A stretch of DNA of 64,000 nucleotides from Malacoraja senta (taxonomy: Eukaryota), in assembly GCA_038087875.1 (NCBI GenBank), contig CM075996.1, positions 8,682,001 to 8,746,000 on the forward strand. The letters run 5' to 3'. The translations under genes were made by a program, and so were the position numbers. Of the stretch, positions 27,220 to 39,965 are shown piece after piece. Every line of letters starts with the position of its first letter. Positions within the stretch are counted from its first letter, which is position 1. The notes under the pieces were generated by a model. The model searched no databases. It was not told where the DNA came from and saw only the letters and a program-made list of their open reading frames with translations.

Positions 27220-27769
27220 ATAAGGGAATAAAGTTTAGTGCAAGGTAAAGCCAGCAATTATTCTTTGATGAGCAGAGGGGTGTATAAAATCATGACAGGG
27301 TAAATGCAGTATTTTTTCCTTAGGTAGGGTAATCACAAGAGGGGTTAATTTTGAGGTGAGAAGGGAAAGATTTTACAGGAACCCACATGTTAACTTTGTT
27401 ACTCAGAGGATAGTGGGTATACTGAACAAGCAGAGAGGAGGTCGTTGAGGCAAATACTTTAACAGCTTTTAAATTTGGAAAGATATGTGATTGGAAAGGT
27501 TCAGAGGGATATGGGTCAAGCCTAGGCAAATGGGGCTAGCTTAGAATGGGCATTTGGCCAGCACTGAAGCTGCGAGACAGCTGTACTAGCCCACAATGAA
27601 CATCATAAGGACATAGGAAAAGTTAATCACCAGCTCATGTCAAAATGCCTTATAAACCCATGCATCTGTCCAAATTCCCACAACCTCTCCCAGAACACAC
27701 GCTAATGATCACACCAATCACCCTGAGCAATGAGTAGGAAGGAACTGCAGGTGCTGGTGTTACTAAACA

Positions 27770-28230
27770 CTTTAACTCCCCTTCCTATTCCCACACTGAC
27801 CTTTCTGTCCTGAGCCTCCTCCACTGTCAGAGTGAGGCCCAATGCAAATTGGAGGAACAACACCTCATATTTTACTTGAACATCTTACACCCCAGCGGTA
27901 TGAACATTGACCTCTAACTCGTAACCTTTGGTTTCCCTCTCTCTCATCCCTCCCCTATCCTTGTTCTCCAACTAGTTTGACTGTCCTCCTGATTAAATGT
28001 TATCTTTGTATACCTCGCTGTCACCTTCCCCTAGCTAACAATGATCTCTTCTACATTTTCCTTCACCTTCGTCCCCTTTGATGTCTCGTTTTTACACTGT
28101 ACCCTCCCATATCTGTGTCTCCCTCTCCACTGACACTCAGTCTGAAGAAGGGTCTCAACCCGAAACGTCACCCATTCCTTCTATCCAGAGATGCTGCCTG
28201 ACCCGCTGAGTTACTCCAGCATTTTGTGTC
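27770..28230 (+). mobile_element. Penelope-like element 3' end with hammerhead-like core (28142-28169)
   Basis: KLEEQHLIF...GMNID C-terminus, pyrimidine-rich UTR, CTGAAGAAGGGTCTCAACCCGAAACGTC. Confidence 0.8.
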
Positions 28231-28479
28231 TAACCTGAGCAAATGGCCCAGGGTTTAATTGACAAGGAAAAGACAGACAATCTCCAGACACTTGACGACA
28301 GGCTCCAAAGTCGTGGCCACTTTCTCCACAAGATGACCCCAAATGTGATGACTTGTTTCCTTGATACTGAAAGACTGCTTCCATTGCCATAACCTGCTGG
28401 ACCTCTGCTCAACCATAACCAGCAGGTATAACCAATCTCCCTTTGTTGTTGACCAGCAGAGACACCCTCCCCTCATTCA

Positions 28480-28850
28480 CCTCAACCCCCCCCCCCCACC
28501 TCCCGGACTTCCCTCGTCCTCGCACCTCATTTCCCAGCCATTGCATCCCTCTGACCCACCTGCCCCGTTACTCACCCCCAGCCCTCTCACCTCACCCCCC
28601 CCAATCTATTACACCCTCCAGTCCCCCCCTCCCGTCCGCCCCTCACTCGCATCTCCCTCACTCACACTCTCCCCACTCTCTCCTCCCCACTCATCCTCTC
28701 TCAACCCGCCCTCCCCTCACTCACACACCCTCTCCCCTCACTCTCCCCACTCTCCCGTCCCCACTCATTCCCTCTCAACCCGCCCTCACGTCCCCCTCCT
28801 TCACACACCCTCTCCCCTCACTCACTCCCGTCCCCCTGTCCCGCACCGTC
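28480..28850. repeat. C/T-rich low-complexity tract (G-rich on the MICALL1 sense strand)
   Basis: Almost no G on the + strand; degenerate ctccccactc/ccctcac units. Confidence 0.8.
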
Positions 28851-28908
28851 GCCCCACCCGGACGCTCCGAGCGGCCGCTTTCCTCCATCTCCCCCCTCGG
28901 ACACTCAC

Positions 28909-29048
28909 ATGAGGTCAGGCCGGTGGCGGTGTATGATGGCGCAGAAGGCGAGCCCGTCCCTGAAGCTGGAGCTCATGTTCTTCACCTCCACCCCGGGGTA
29001 GCCTTCGGCCTGCCGCCGGGCCCACTCCTGCAGCGCACGGGTCGCCAT
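28909..29048 (-). CDS. MICALL1: MICAL-like protein coding exon 1 (calponin-homology domain N-terminus)
   Basis: ATG at 29048 gives [46 protein letters not shown](I), then a GTGAGT donor in phase 2. MICALL1 is preferred over MICALL2 because of the SSSFRDG and FDSLSK residues and linkage to MGAT3 (both on human 22q13.1). Confidence 0.9.
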
Positions 29049-29154
29049 GGGAGCGGCTGTGGAGCCTCAGCGGTGCCCGACTCCGCTTCCGGTGCCCGCC
29101 GCACCACGTGACGTACCGCCAGAGCTTCTCCTCCCGCCCCCTCCCCCGGTGGCT

Positions 29155-29291
29155 CCGCCCGGTACTGCAGCGCCAGCGCCCCTCGCGGCCCCGCCCGGTA
29201 CTGCAGCGCCAGCGCCCCTCGCGGCCCCGCCCGATACTGCAGCACCACCTGACCAAGCGCCCCCCGCGGCTCTGTCCGGGACTGCAGCGCC
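29155..29291. repeat. 36-bp GC-rich tandem repeat (two exact units plus diverged units)
   Basis: Unit ccgcccggtactgcagcgccagcgcccctcgcggcc at 29155 and 29191; diverged copies from 29227. Confidence 0.9.
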
Positions 29292-29773
29292 TCGCCGCAT
29301 CACGTGATGCAGCGTTAGCGCCCCTCCTCCTCCATGGCAACACGCGGAACTGCAATGCCCTCCACACAGTGTTGTTCTGTTGCAACGCTTCTGGTTGTGA
29401 ATGGATTTCCAAACCATAAACACCCTGCTTCTTGCGAAGACTATCCTCTACTCTCAATTTCTTCATCTCTGCTGCATCTGGCTCCCAAGATGAGACTTTC
29501 CATTGTAGGACAGCGGAGATGTCTACTTTCTTTAGTAAACAGTGGCAAAGCTGATAGAGTTGCTGCCTCACCGCGTCAAAGACCCCGGTTCGATCCTGAC
29601 CACAGGTGCTGTCTGTGTAGAGTTTCCATCACGTTCTCCCTGTGACCTTGTGAGTTTTCTGCAGGTGCCCCGACTTCGTCTCACAGTCCAAAGATATGCA
29701 GGTTTAGACAATAGACAATAGATGCAGGAGTAGGCCATTCGGCCCCTCGAGCCAGCACCGCCATTCAATGTGA

Positions 29774-30401
29774 TTGAATTGAATTGAATTGAATTAGACT
29801 TTATTAATCCCCTTATTCAGGGGAAATTCAGATGTCCTTGCAGCACACTAATAAAATACAACATAGTATTAAAAAGAAGTTCAACACCAAAACATCCCCC
29901 CACAGAAGGCACAAAGTCCAGTCCCCATCCTCTTGTCCACCCAGAGTCTGGCCTATTGAGGCCTCCACAGTCGCCGCCACGGCGCCCGATGTTCTCGCCG
30001 GGTGATGGTGCTCCGGCGTCGGGAGAACCCCCAGCGGCTTGGGGTGCCAGGAACGACCACCTTCCCACCGAAGACCGCGGCTTCCAAGCCAACAGACCGC
30101 GCCGGACGGAGCTCCACACACTGGCGATCTCAGCGAGAGATCCCAGGCTTCGGGATGTAACGTTCAACGTCGCAGCTGGGCTGCTCCACAGAACCGCGGC
30201 TCCACGATGTTCTCATCGGCGGTCCCAGCATACTGGAGTTCCAGCGCGGCGACCCAGGAAAGGCATCGCTCGCTCCACGACAGCGCTCCAGCGCTGCACC
30301 GCCGCCAAAGCCGATGTTCTGCGCCGCCGCCAAAGCCGATGTTCTGGCCAGGTCCCCTCAGGGAAACGTCGCTCCAGGACCCGCTGATAGGCCGCAAGGA
30401 C
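29774..30401 (-). mobile_element. Unclassified GC-rich retroposon with (ATTCA)n tail, inserted into a CR1 3' UTR
   Basis: Splits the CR1 sequence aatgtgat|catggctg; AATAAA and a microsatellite tail on the minus strand. Confidence 0.6.
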
Positions 30402-30410
30402 GATTGGGGA

Positions 30411-31141
30411 TGATCATGGCTGATCATCCCCAATCAGTCCCCCATTCCTGCCTTCTCCCCATATCCCCTGACTCCGCTATCTTTAAGAGCCCTATCTAGC
30501 TCTCTCTTGAAAGTATCCAGAGAACCGGCCTCCACCGCCCTCTGAGGCAGAGAATTCCACAGACTCACAACTCTCTGTGAGAAAAAGTGTTTCCTCGTCT
30601 CCGTTCTAAATGGCTTACCCCTTATTCTTAAACTGTGGCCCCTGGTTCTTGACTCCCCCAACATCGGGAACATGTTTCCTGCCTCTAGCGTGTCCAAATC
30701 CTTAAAAATCTTATATGTTTCAATAAGAACCCCTCTCATCCTTCTAAACTCCAGAGTGTACAAACCCAGCTGCTCTATTCTCCCAGCATATGACAGTCCC
30801 GCCATCCCGGGAATTAACCTTGTAAACCTACACTGCACTCCCTCAATAGCAAGAATGTCCTTCCTCAAATTAGGGGACCAAAACTGCACACAATACTCCA
30901 GGTGTGGTCTCACTAGGGCCCTGTACAACTGCAGAAGGTTCCTATACCCGACTCCTCTTGTTATAAAGGCCAACATGCCATTCGCTTTCTTCACTGCCTG
31001 CGGTACCTGCATGCTTACTTTCATAGACTGATGAACAAGGACCCCCAGATCCCATTGTACTTCCCCTTTTCCCAACTTGACATCATTTAGATAGTAATCT
31101 GCCTTCCTGTTTTTGATACCAAAGTGGATAACCTCACATTT
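30411..31141 (-). mobile_element. CR1 LINE ORF2 C-terminus (its 3' tip is displaced to 29705-29774)
   Basis: KCEVIHFG...LYRALVRPHLEYCVQFWSP...WNSLPQ. Confidence 0.92.
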
Positions 31142-32699
31142 ATATTTTATTTGGCCTCGTAAATTGTCCCTCATGTGTCGGGATTGGATGGGAAAGTGGG
31201 AAACATAGTACTAGTGTGAACAGGCTCTATGTTCTCTATAGTGGGCTGAAGGGCCTGTTTCCATGCTGTATTTCTGAAGTGTGGTTTCCCTGCTGCTGTC
31301 ATAGATGGATCCCTCACCCGTATCTTCTCTGTGTTCTGTAGTTCTAATCTCTCCCCTCCCGCCCAGTCAGAACAAGGATAGAGTTCCTCCAGCCTCCACA
31401 TCCAAGACATCATTCGTCAACATTTCCGGCGCCTTCAACGTGCTCCCACTACCAGTCACATCTTCCCATCCCCACCTCCTTCCGCCTTGACCACTCCCTG
31501 TACAACTCCTTGATTCACATTCACTTCACACCCAAATCACCCACTGCCCAGGTACTTTCCCCTGCAATCACAGGAGATGTACCACTCATCCCACACCTCC
31601 TCCCTCAAATCCACCATTTTTGATGTGGCCCCAGCAGTCCTTTCAGGTAAGAGGTTCATGTGCATCTCTAACCTCATCTAAGTTCATGTTCATAAGTTCT
31701 AGGAGCAGAATTAGGCCATTCAGCCCATCAAATCTACCACCGCCTTAAAATTATCCATAGGCGTCCACAGCCTAAAGAAATTCCTTCTCATCTCCTTTCT
31801 CTGTCTGAGGCTATGATCTGTGGTCCTAGACTCTCCCACCAGTGAAAACATACTCTCCACATTCACTCTATCCATGCCTTTCACTAATCGTTAAGTTTCA
31901 ATGAGGTCCCCCCCCTCATCTTCTAAACTCCAATGAGTACAGGCCCAGTGCCGTCAAACACTCATCATATGGGATTGTTTTCGTAAACCTCCACTGGACT
32001 CTCTCCAATGCCAACACATGCTTCCTCAGATATGGGGCCTAAAACTGCTCACAATACTCCAAATGCAGTCTGGCCATTGCCTTATAAAGCCTCAGCATTA
32101 CATCCCTGTTTTTTTGTATTCTAACCCTCTTGAAATAAATGCTGGCACTCATGCATCTACTGCATCCGGTGTTCCAGATGTGGCTCCGAGACAAAGCGCA
32201 GACTCAGCGACTTTGGCATTCGGTCCGCCAGGGCCTACTGGATCTCCCAGTAGATAACCATTTTAACTCCCATTCCCATGCGGACTGGGATCTTGACGTC
32301 CTCTGAGCGAGGGCTATATGTATATATGTATGTAGTTTGTTTGTTTATATTATTCTTATAACTTTGGCCAACGAGAGTTGTTTTTTAAATGTGCTATATA
32401 AATAAATGTGACTTGACTTGATTTGACTTGACTTTTCTGCCCTGGGTCTCCTCCATTGCGAGAGTGAACAGCACCTCATATTCCGATGAATATGAAGAAG
32501 GGTCTGAAAAAGGGTTTCAGCCCGAAACGTTACCTATTTCCTTCGCTCCATAGATGCTGCCTCACCCGCTGAGTTTCTCCTTTGAGCACCTCATATTCCG
32601 ATGGGTAGCTTACAGCCCAATAATATGATTTCCCCAATGATAGACTAGTCCAGATAGTTAGAGCACGTGGGATCCTGTTTCTTTTTTTTCTTTTTTATT

Positions 32700-34380
32700 A
32701 TTTAAATTTTTTTTTTTATTTTTAAATTAGATGTAAGTACAATTGTATACAATCATATTTTCATAATGCATATTATGTACAGCTTCTTATTTTTATAATA
32801 AAGGAGAAAAAGAAAAAGAAGTTAGATAATGAAAAATAGAAAAATGTGAGATATATAGTGTGTGAAAAAGGAAAATAGAGAGTGAAAGAAGAAAGTTAAG
32901 AAATAGAAAATAGAAAAAAGAAAATAAAAGAAGAAAAAGAAAGAGAAAGAAAAAAAGAAGTAAGGAGATCTTATTTATAATCTTGACCATCCCTTGCCCA
33001 GTCACGAGTTAGCTTTTACAATTGTGTTGCACCACATGATTCCAAAAAGACGACAAATGGAGACCAACTCGTTGTGAATTGGTCAAATTTATCTATTAGG
33101 CGGAATCGCATTTCCTCAAGATGTGCGGTGTCCAACATACTTGCAATCCACATTTTAAGCGTTGGTATTGGTGTATTTTTCCAAAATTTCAATATTAATT
33201 TTTTAGCTATTATTAAACCATAATTAAAAAATAATTTTTGAGATGGATTCAGTTTATTCCCATCTTCCATTACCCCAAATATAATCAATTCATTATTAGG
33301 TTCCATTTTTATCTTAAATAATTTTGTGAATATTTCAAAAATATCACTCCAAAATCTATAAAGTTTTATACAGGAAACAAAAGAGTGTGTTATAGTTGCA
33401 TCTTGGGTTAAACATTTATCGCAAGTGGGGGATATATTTGGGTAAATATTTATTTAATCTTATTTTTGAGTAATACAATCTATGTAAAATTTTAAATTAA
33501 ATTAGATTAGGTCTTACATTAATCGAACATTTGTGAATATATGTCAAATACTTTTCCCATGTAACTTTCGTAATTTTTATCGTTAATTCCCGTTCCCACT
33601 CTTCTCTAATTACCTCAGTCGCAGGTAAATCTATATTTAAAATACTATTATATAAATATGATATTAATTTTTGTGTATCAGCTTTAATATTCATTACTTC
33701 TTCCAATAAATCAGGAATTATTTTTTGATATCCCTGTATATATGTCTTCATGAAATTGCAAATCTGAAAATATTTAAAATAATGATTGTTTTTCAGTTTA
33801 AATTTTAATTGTAATTGTTGAAATGATAGTAAATCTCCCATTTCATACATGTCCCCGATCCTTTTAATTCCTAAACTTTCCCATTGATTATATATTTTGT
33901 CCATCATAGATGGTTTAAATAAAGGATTATTCACTATCGGTGTTAACAATGATAGGTTTCTTAATTTTAAGGATAATTTTATTTGTTTCCATATTCTTAT
34001 TGTATCTTGTATAATTGGGTTCTTCTTATATATTGTATTGTTCATTTTTTTCGGGGAGAAGAGGATCGTTCCTATATTACAAGGGTAACAATCCTTTTTC
34101 TCCATTTTTATCCATTCTGTCTGTTGGGTTGAACTATCCAACCAGTAAATTATATTCTTAATATGTATTGCCCAATAGTAATACAAAAAATTAGGGAGTG
34201 AAAGTCCCCCGACATCTTTTGGTTTACATAAGTGTTCTTTTTTAATTCTATGTGATTTATAGTCCCAAACAAAATTAGTAATATTAGAGTTTAAATTAGA
34301 AAAAAAATATTTTGGTACATATACTGGTATAGACTGAAATAGGTATAGTAACTGTGGTAAAAAAATCATTTTTATAGCGT
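32700..34380 (-). mobile_element. 5'-truncated L1-clade LINE (ORF2 C-terminal half and 3' UTR)
   Basis: MIFLPQLLYLFQSIP...GGLSLPNFLYYYWA...WERE...zinc knuckle...AKKLILKFWK; A-rich tail. Confidence 0.88.
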
Positions 34381-34769
34381 TTCAACAAACAAAATTGCCT
34401 TGGGAGGAGGCAGAGGATAGTGGTGGAGGTTTGGTTTTCTAAATGTAAGTTTGTAAACAGTGGGGATCTCTACTGGGATCTTTGTTGTTGCCATATGGTA
34501 AAGAAGGCTTATGGTATGCTTGCTTTCATAGGTTGGCGCATTGAGTATAAGAGTCAGGAAGTCATGAAGAAGAAGGTCTGAAGAAGGATCTCGGCCCGAA
34601 ACCCATTCATTCTCTCCAGAGATGCTGCCTGTCCCGCTGAGTGACTCCAGCTTTTTGTGTCTATCTTCGGATCATCCGATCTGCCATTTACCAGCTGATC
34701 AGAATCTCAGAAAATGTGCCAGAGCCCCAGCAGACTTTGGTCTCTCCCTCCAGTGAATTGTGGGCACGA

Positions 34770-35550
34770 GGGTGATGCAGCTTTATAAGGTTTTAGTTCG
34801 GCTGCATTTCGAGTATTGCGTGCAGTTGCGGTTGCCCCATTACAGGAAGGATCTGGAGGCTTAGGAAAGTGCAGATTTACCAGGACTATCCCTGGATTAG
34901 GTAGTATTAGCTGCAGAGAGAGGCTGGACAGATTTGGATTGTTTTCCCTGGCATGCCGAAGTTTGCGGAGAGACCTGGTAGAAGTATATAAAATTATTAG
35001 AGATGTAGATAGGGCAGGCAGTCAGAATCTTTTCCCAGGATGCCAAAATCAAATACATAGCTTTAAGGTGAGAGAGGCAGAGTTTAAAGGTGATGTGCAG
35101 GTCAGGTTTTTTTACACAGAGGGTGGTGGATGCGTGAGGTTGATGCAGTGGCATATAAAAGACTCTTAGACAGGCGCATGGATATGCAGGGAATTGACGC
35201 ATATGGGTTATGTGCAGGCAGATATTTAATGGTCTTAGCATCATATCGGGAATTGGGACTTACCTGGCGGCTGCAGAGGGTTGAGGTCCCGACCACGGGG
35301 GAAATGGAGGATGACTGGCCAAATTTTTGTGCCTTCCACCACAGTGATGAAGACTGTGGTGGATGTTTATGTTAAATTTTTATGGTGTTTTTGTGTGTTC
35401 TTTTTTCATTGTATCGCTGCTGGCAAATTCATTTCACTTGCACTTTATGTGCAAGTGATGAATAAAACTGATTGTTGATTGATTGTATATTCAGCACAGA
35501 CATTGTGGGCCGAAGGGCCTGTTCTGGTGCTGTACTGTTCTATGTTCTAT
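34770..35550 (+). mobile_element. Old CR1 3' fragment with a nested small insertion
   Basis: RFTRTIPGLGSISCRERLDRFGLFSL...DLVEVYKI. Confidence 0.7.
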
Positions 35551-35554
35551 ATAT

Positions 35555-36820
35555 ACAGGTAGTTCTGCTGTAAAACAATAGTTGTTATATCCTGAGAAAG
35601 CTTGAGCTCTGGAAAATCTTATTGTAAAAACAATTGCATCAACGGGAAAAAGGGTGTTACAAGCTAGAGAGTTTGCAACTCACAATAACAACGTCCTTCT
35701 TCCCACAGGATATTCACGAATAAATCTCTATTTTTATAGCTATATATTTTTTTGTTACTGCAAGCTAAAAATACTCGTCTGCATCTTACATTGTTTGATG
35801 GTGAATCTTCACACATGAAGATAGTGGCAAATGTTTGACAATTCCAATGGCCTCCCAGTGTGAACCTAGTAGCCTGCTTCCTTAAGATACAATTGTATCA
35901 GATTGCTGTGGGGAGATTACATAGAAACCTTTTTTTTTCTGGACTGTTTTTTCCCCCAAGGCAGCTTTTTGTTTTGCTTGCCAATTTCTAAAGTGCCTGC
36001 AAAATACAAGTGCAGGTAGTTCTGTCACGGTGAGTGTTTTCACAATGCAAATTGGATATAACACGATTGATGAATTAGGAACATCAGCTAAATGAATTAT
36101 AAACCGATTCCTATTGGGAATTAGAAAACGACTTCAAAGTTATTTAGGAAAATGACAAGCAGAAAAAATGTTGTCTTGGGGAAAAAAAAAGTTTAAGAAA
36201 AAGAGATAAATTCCATCTAACCTACAATCAATAATCAGACACCGTTAAAAGCCCTGTCCCACGGTACGAGTTCATTCCAAGAGCTCTCCCGAGTTTGCCC
36301 TGATTCGAACTCGGAGATTTACGGTAATGGCCACTCGTCGGTACTCGGGGCTCTCGTGGACATTTTTCAACATGTTGAAAAATCTTCCCGAGTCTTCCCG
36401 AGTACCTGCGCGAAGAGACGTCCCCGAGCTCCGACGTACCCGCTACGTTCATTCTCCATGCTTACCACGAGTTTGATTCTTTTAAAACTCGGGAGTGCTC
36501 TTGGAATGAACTCGTACCGTGGGACAGGGCTATAACTATTAAAAACAGTCTGTCAGATTCACTATGGATGGCCATTGAAATCGACAAGCAATCACATCTA
36601 TTGATATTCTATTAAACAATTTAAGTACCATTTGTATTTTTAGCCTGAAGTTATAAAACCTATTAAAAAGGCCTTATAAAATATTGTTGTAGCAATGAGT
36701 TTATAATTGGAATCTGAAACTCTCTAGCCCCTAACCCCATTTTTCCCATTGATACTATTACTTTTTATAACAGGTTTTTCCATAACACAAGGTTTCTTAG
36801 GAATGCAACTATCACTGCGT
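35555..36820. mobile_element. Old Tigger-like DNA transposon with long imperfect TIRs
   Basis: Starts ta|CAGGTAGTTCTG; about 35575-35675 is an imperfect reverse complement of about 36717-36815. Confidence 0.5.
36249..36532. mobile_element. PIF/Harbinger-type MITE, family B
   Basis: About 48-bp TIR (GCCCTGTCCCACGGTACGAGTTCATTCCAAGAGC..CCCGAGTTT); TAA TSD. Confidence 0.88.
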
Positions 36821-37249
36821 TTGGCCCAGCCAGTCTTCATCGACCATCGATCACCGTTTACACCAGGTCTAATTTATCCCACTTTCTCATCCACTCCCTG
36901 CACAATAGGGGCAATTTACAGGGGGCCAATTCACCTACAAACCCACCGCACGTCTCTGTGATGTGGGAGGAAACCGGAGGAAATCCACCATGTCACGAGG
37001 AGAAAGTACAAACTCCACACAGACAGCACCCGAGGTCAGGATCAAACCCGGAACTCTAGCAGCTCTACCTGCTGCATCATTGCGCTGCAACTATTTCTGT
37101 AATGGTACAATGATGTATTATGTTCACATATTCTGTTGTGCTGCAGCAAGTAAGAAATTCATTGTTCTCTGTGGGACACATGACAATAAAAGACTCTTGA
37201 CTCTCTCTCTTGACTCTTGATCCCTTATTCGACCAGATTTTTAAATATA

Positions 37250-37845
37250 TAATAGGCCAAGTAGGACCCATTGGGTCCCTGTCACATGGGAGGCCTGGTC
37301 ACCCAACACAACCCGTTCCCCAACGCAATATTCCACCAATCCTCCGTTCCTCCAACGCAACCCGTTCCCCCAATGCAATATTCCACCACTCACCCATAGC
37401 CCCCAACTGCGCAGGCGTGGCTCATTTCCCCTCATCCCCCAGCACTCCCTCCCCCTTCTCTTTTTTAAACTTGAAAAAAAAATCCAATTCCCTTTCCCTG
37501 CCCCTGCCCCTGCCCGTTACAATGTTTCAAATGAGAGGACTCAGTGTCTGTCTTTGTAACATTGTAACGGGCAGGGGAATTGGATTTTTTACAGTGAAAA
37601 GTTAAGTGAAAAGTTAAAAAATTTAAGTTTAAACTGTGAATAACGTAAAATATACCATCAATCTGAACAAAACAGGATACAACACACCACAGTACTATTG
37701 TGAGTAAGGTGGTCCAAAATTGTAGCGCTATTGTGTACCGTTTTGACATAATTTCAGTCATGACAACAGACAGACAGACAGACAGACAGACAGAGACAGA
37801 CAGACAATCAGACAAACAAGATGAGAGTGTTAGTAATATATAGAT
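37250..37845 (+). mobile_element. Possible non-autonomous Helitron/Helentron-like element
   Basis: Sub-terminal hairpin GGACCCA-T-TGGGTCC, internal tandem repeat, (ACAG)n microsatellite near an AT-rich end, and no TSD or poly(A). Confidence 0.4.
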
Positions 37846-37854
37846 ATTATTAGT

Positions 37855-38970
37855 CCATCGCAGACGACAGACTTCTGACTGACATCTACTATAAACCCAC
37901 TGACTCCCATGGCTTTTTGGACTACACTTCTTCCCACCATGCTTCCTGTAAGGACCCTATCCCCTACTCCCAATTCCTCCGTCTATGCCGCATCTGCACC
38001 CAGGATGAGGTGTTCCACACCAGGGCATCGGAGATGTCCTCATTCTTCAGGGAATTCTTCTTCCCCTCTTTGACTATAGATGAGGCTCTCACCAGGGTCT
38101 CTTCTATATCCCGTAGCTCTGCTCTCACTCCCCATCCCCCCCACTTGTAACAAGGGCAGAGTCCCCCTTGTCCTCACCTTCCGCCCCACCAGCCGTCACA
38201 TACAACATATAATCCTCCGACATTTTCGCCACCTCCAACGGGATCCCACCACTGGCCACGTCTTCCCATCTCCTCCCCTTTCGGCTTTCCGCAGAGACCG
38301 CTCCCTCCATAACTCCCTGGTCAATTCGTCCATTCCCAGCCAAACCACCCCCTCCCCTGATATTTTCCCTTGCAACTGCAGGAAATGCTACACTTATCGC
38401 TTTACCTCCCCCCTTGACTCCATCCAAGGACCCAAGCAGTCGTTCCAGGTGCGGCAAAGGTTCACCTGCACCACCTCCAACCTCATCTATTGCATCCGCT
38501 GCTCTAGGTATCAGCTGCTCTACATCGGTGAGACCAAGCCTAGGCTTGGCGATCGTTTTGCCCAACACCTCCGCACAGTTCGCAATAACCAACCTGATCT
38601 CCCGGTGGCTCAGCATTTCAACTCCCCCTCCCATTCCGAATCCGACCTTTCTGTCCTGGGCCTCCTCCACGGCCAGAGTGAGTCCCACCGTAAATTGGAG
38701 GAGCAGCACCTCATATTTCGCTTGGGTAGTTTACACCCCAGCGGTATGAACATTGACTTCTCCAATTTCAGGTAGTCCTTGCTTTCTCCTTCTTTCCCCT
38801 CCCCTTACCAGCTCTCCCACAGCCCACTGTCTCCGCCTCCTCCTTTCTTCTTCCCGCCCCCACCAACCTACATCAGTCTGAAGAAGGGTCTCGACCCAAA
38901 ACGTTGCCTATTCCTTTGCTCCATAGATGCTGCCTCACCCGCTGAGTTTCTCCAGCATTTTTGTCTACCT
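37855..38970 (+). mobile_element. Penelope-like retroelement 3' part (RT thumb, GIY-YIG endonuclease, terminal repeat)
   Basis: IPYSQFLRLCRIC thumb; ORF 38080-38775 carries NLIYCIRC...YIGET...RLGDRFAQH...EQHLIFRLGSLHPSGMN. Confidence 0.9.
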
Positions 38971-39965
38971 TCTATAGATATATTGAACTTCTTTCTGTTC
39001 TGTATTATGGTGTCTACTGAGTACTATGTTTATTTATCTGTTGAGCTGCTGCAGGTAAGAATTTCATTGTTCCATTTCAGAACAAATGACAATAAATTCT
39101 TGACGCTCCTTCAGTTTGTGTTCTTGTGCCCAGGAACGCATCTTGAGTGCTGGTGAGATACCATGCAATACGGCACCACGGGACTGCAGTACCAGTGATG
39201 GTCCACTACTCAATGTGATTATGCACTGTCAAAACTCAGTAAAAACAATGCTGCAGCTGGGCTGTTTAATTTAGAATCTGAAAATCTTCCCAGTGCAGCA
39301 GGATCTATTTCATTCAACCTTGCTTATTTCTGCATGGCGATGAACATCGGTTTTGGCACAAGGTTTAGTTTGGGTTATTTTAATGAGAAAGCAGGGAAAC
39401 AGGCGCTTCGTCCCACTGCATCCACGCCGACCACCGATCCCTGCACACTCACTAGGGATAACTTACAATTTTAACAAGCCAATTAACCTGACCTATTTAA
39501 CCTACAAACCAATGTTGGCGTGTGAGAGGAAAACGGAGCACTCGGCGAAAACCCACGCAGGTCACGAGGAATATCCATCCGAGCAGAAGCAGTGATCCAT
39601 TGCCACTTATTCTAATCAAGTGCATTGCATGCGGTGCCCATCATGTAGTGTCCGTTCCCACAGAGTATTCGCATCGAGCTTCAGTGCGTTCCTCAGCACC
39701 TCGTCCTGAACCCTGGAACATGCCAACCGCCAACATTCCATGGAGGACATCTCTTCGCATTGGAAGACTTGCACTGAGTTCATAGGTGATAGAAGCAAAA
39801 TTAGGCCATTCTGGCCAACAAGTCTACTCTGCCACGCAATCTAGCTGATCTACCTCTTCCTCCTAACCCCATTCTCCTGCCTTCTCCCCATAACCTCTGA
39901 CACCCATACTAATCAAGAATCTATCTATCTCTGTCATAAAAATATCCGTTGTCTTGGCCTCCACA

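Larger units (their letters stand above)
28850..29350. promoter_or_regulatory. CpG island / MICALL1 promoter with GC boxes and CACGTG E-boxes
   Basis: Very GC- and CpG-rich around the ATG, with repeated CCGCCC and CACGTG at 29105 and 29301. Confidence 0.8.

Noticed and set aside
800..28230. Apparent bias: intact hammerhead cores antisense to MICALL1 and damaged ones in sense
   Set aside because: Too few copies, and an intact core at 61953-61980 is sense to the presumed MGAT3 intron. It needs a genome-wide test.
29155..29291. 36-bp repeats as a CRISPR-like array
   Set aside because: Contiguous tandem units without spacers in a vertebrate promoter.
28361..29571. Long Pro/Ser- or Arg/Gly-rich ORFs around the CpG island
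   Set aside because: Products of low-complexity and GC-rich sequence; the real coding frame is the spliced MICALL1 exon.
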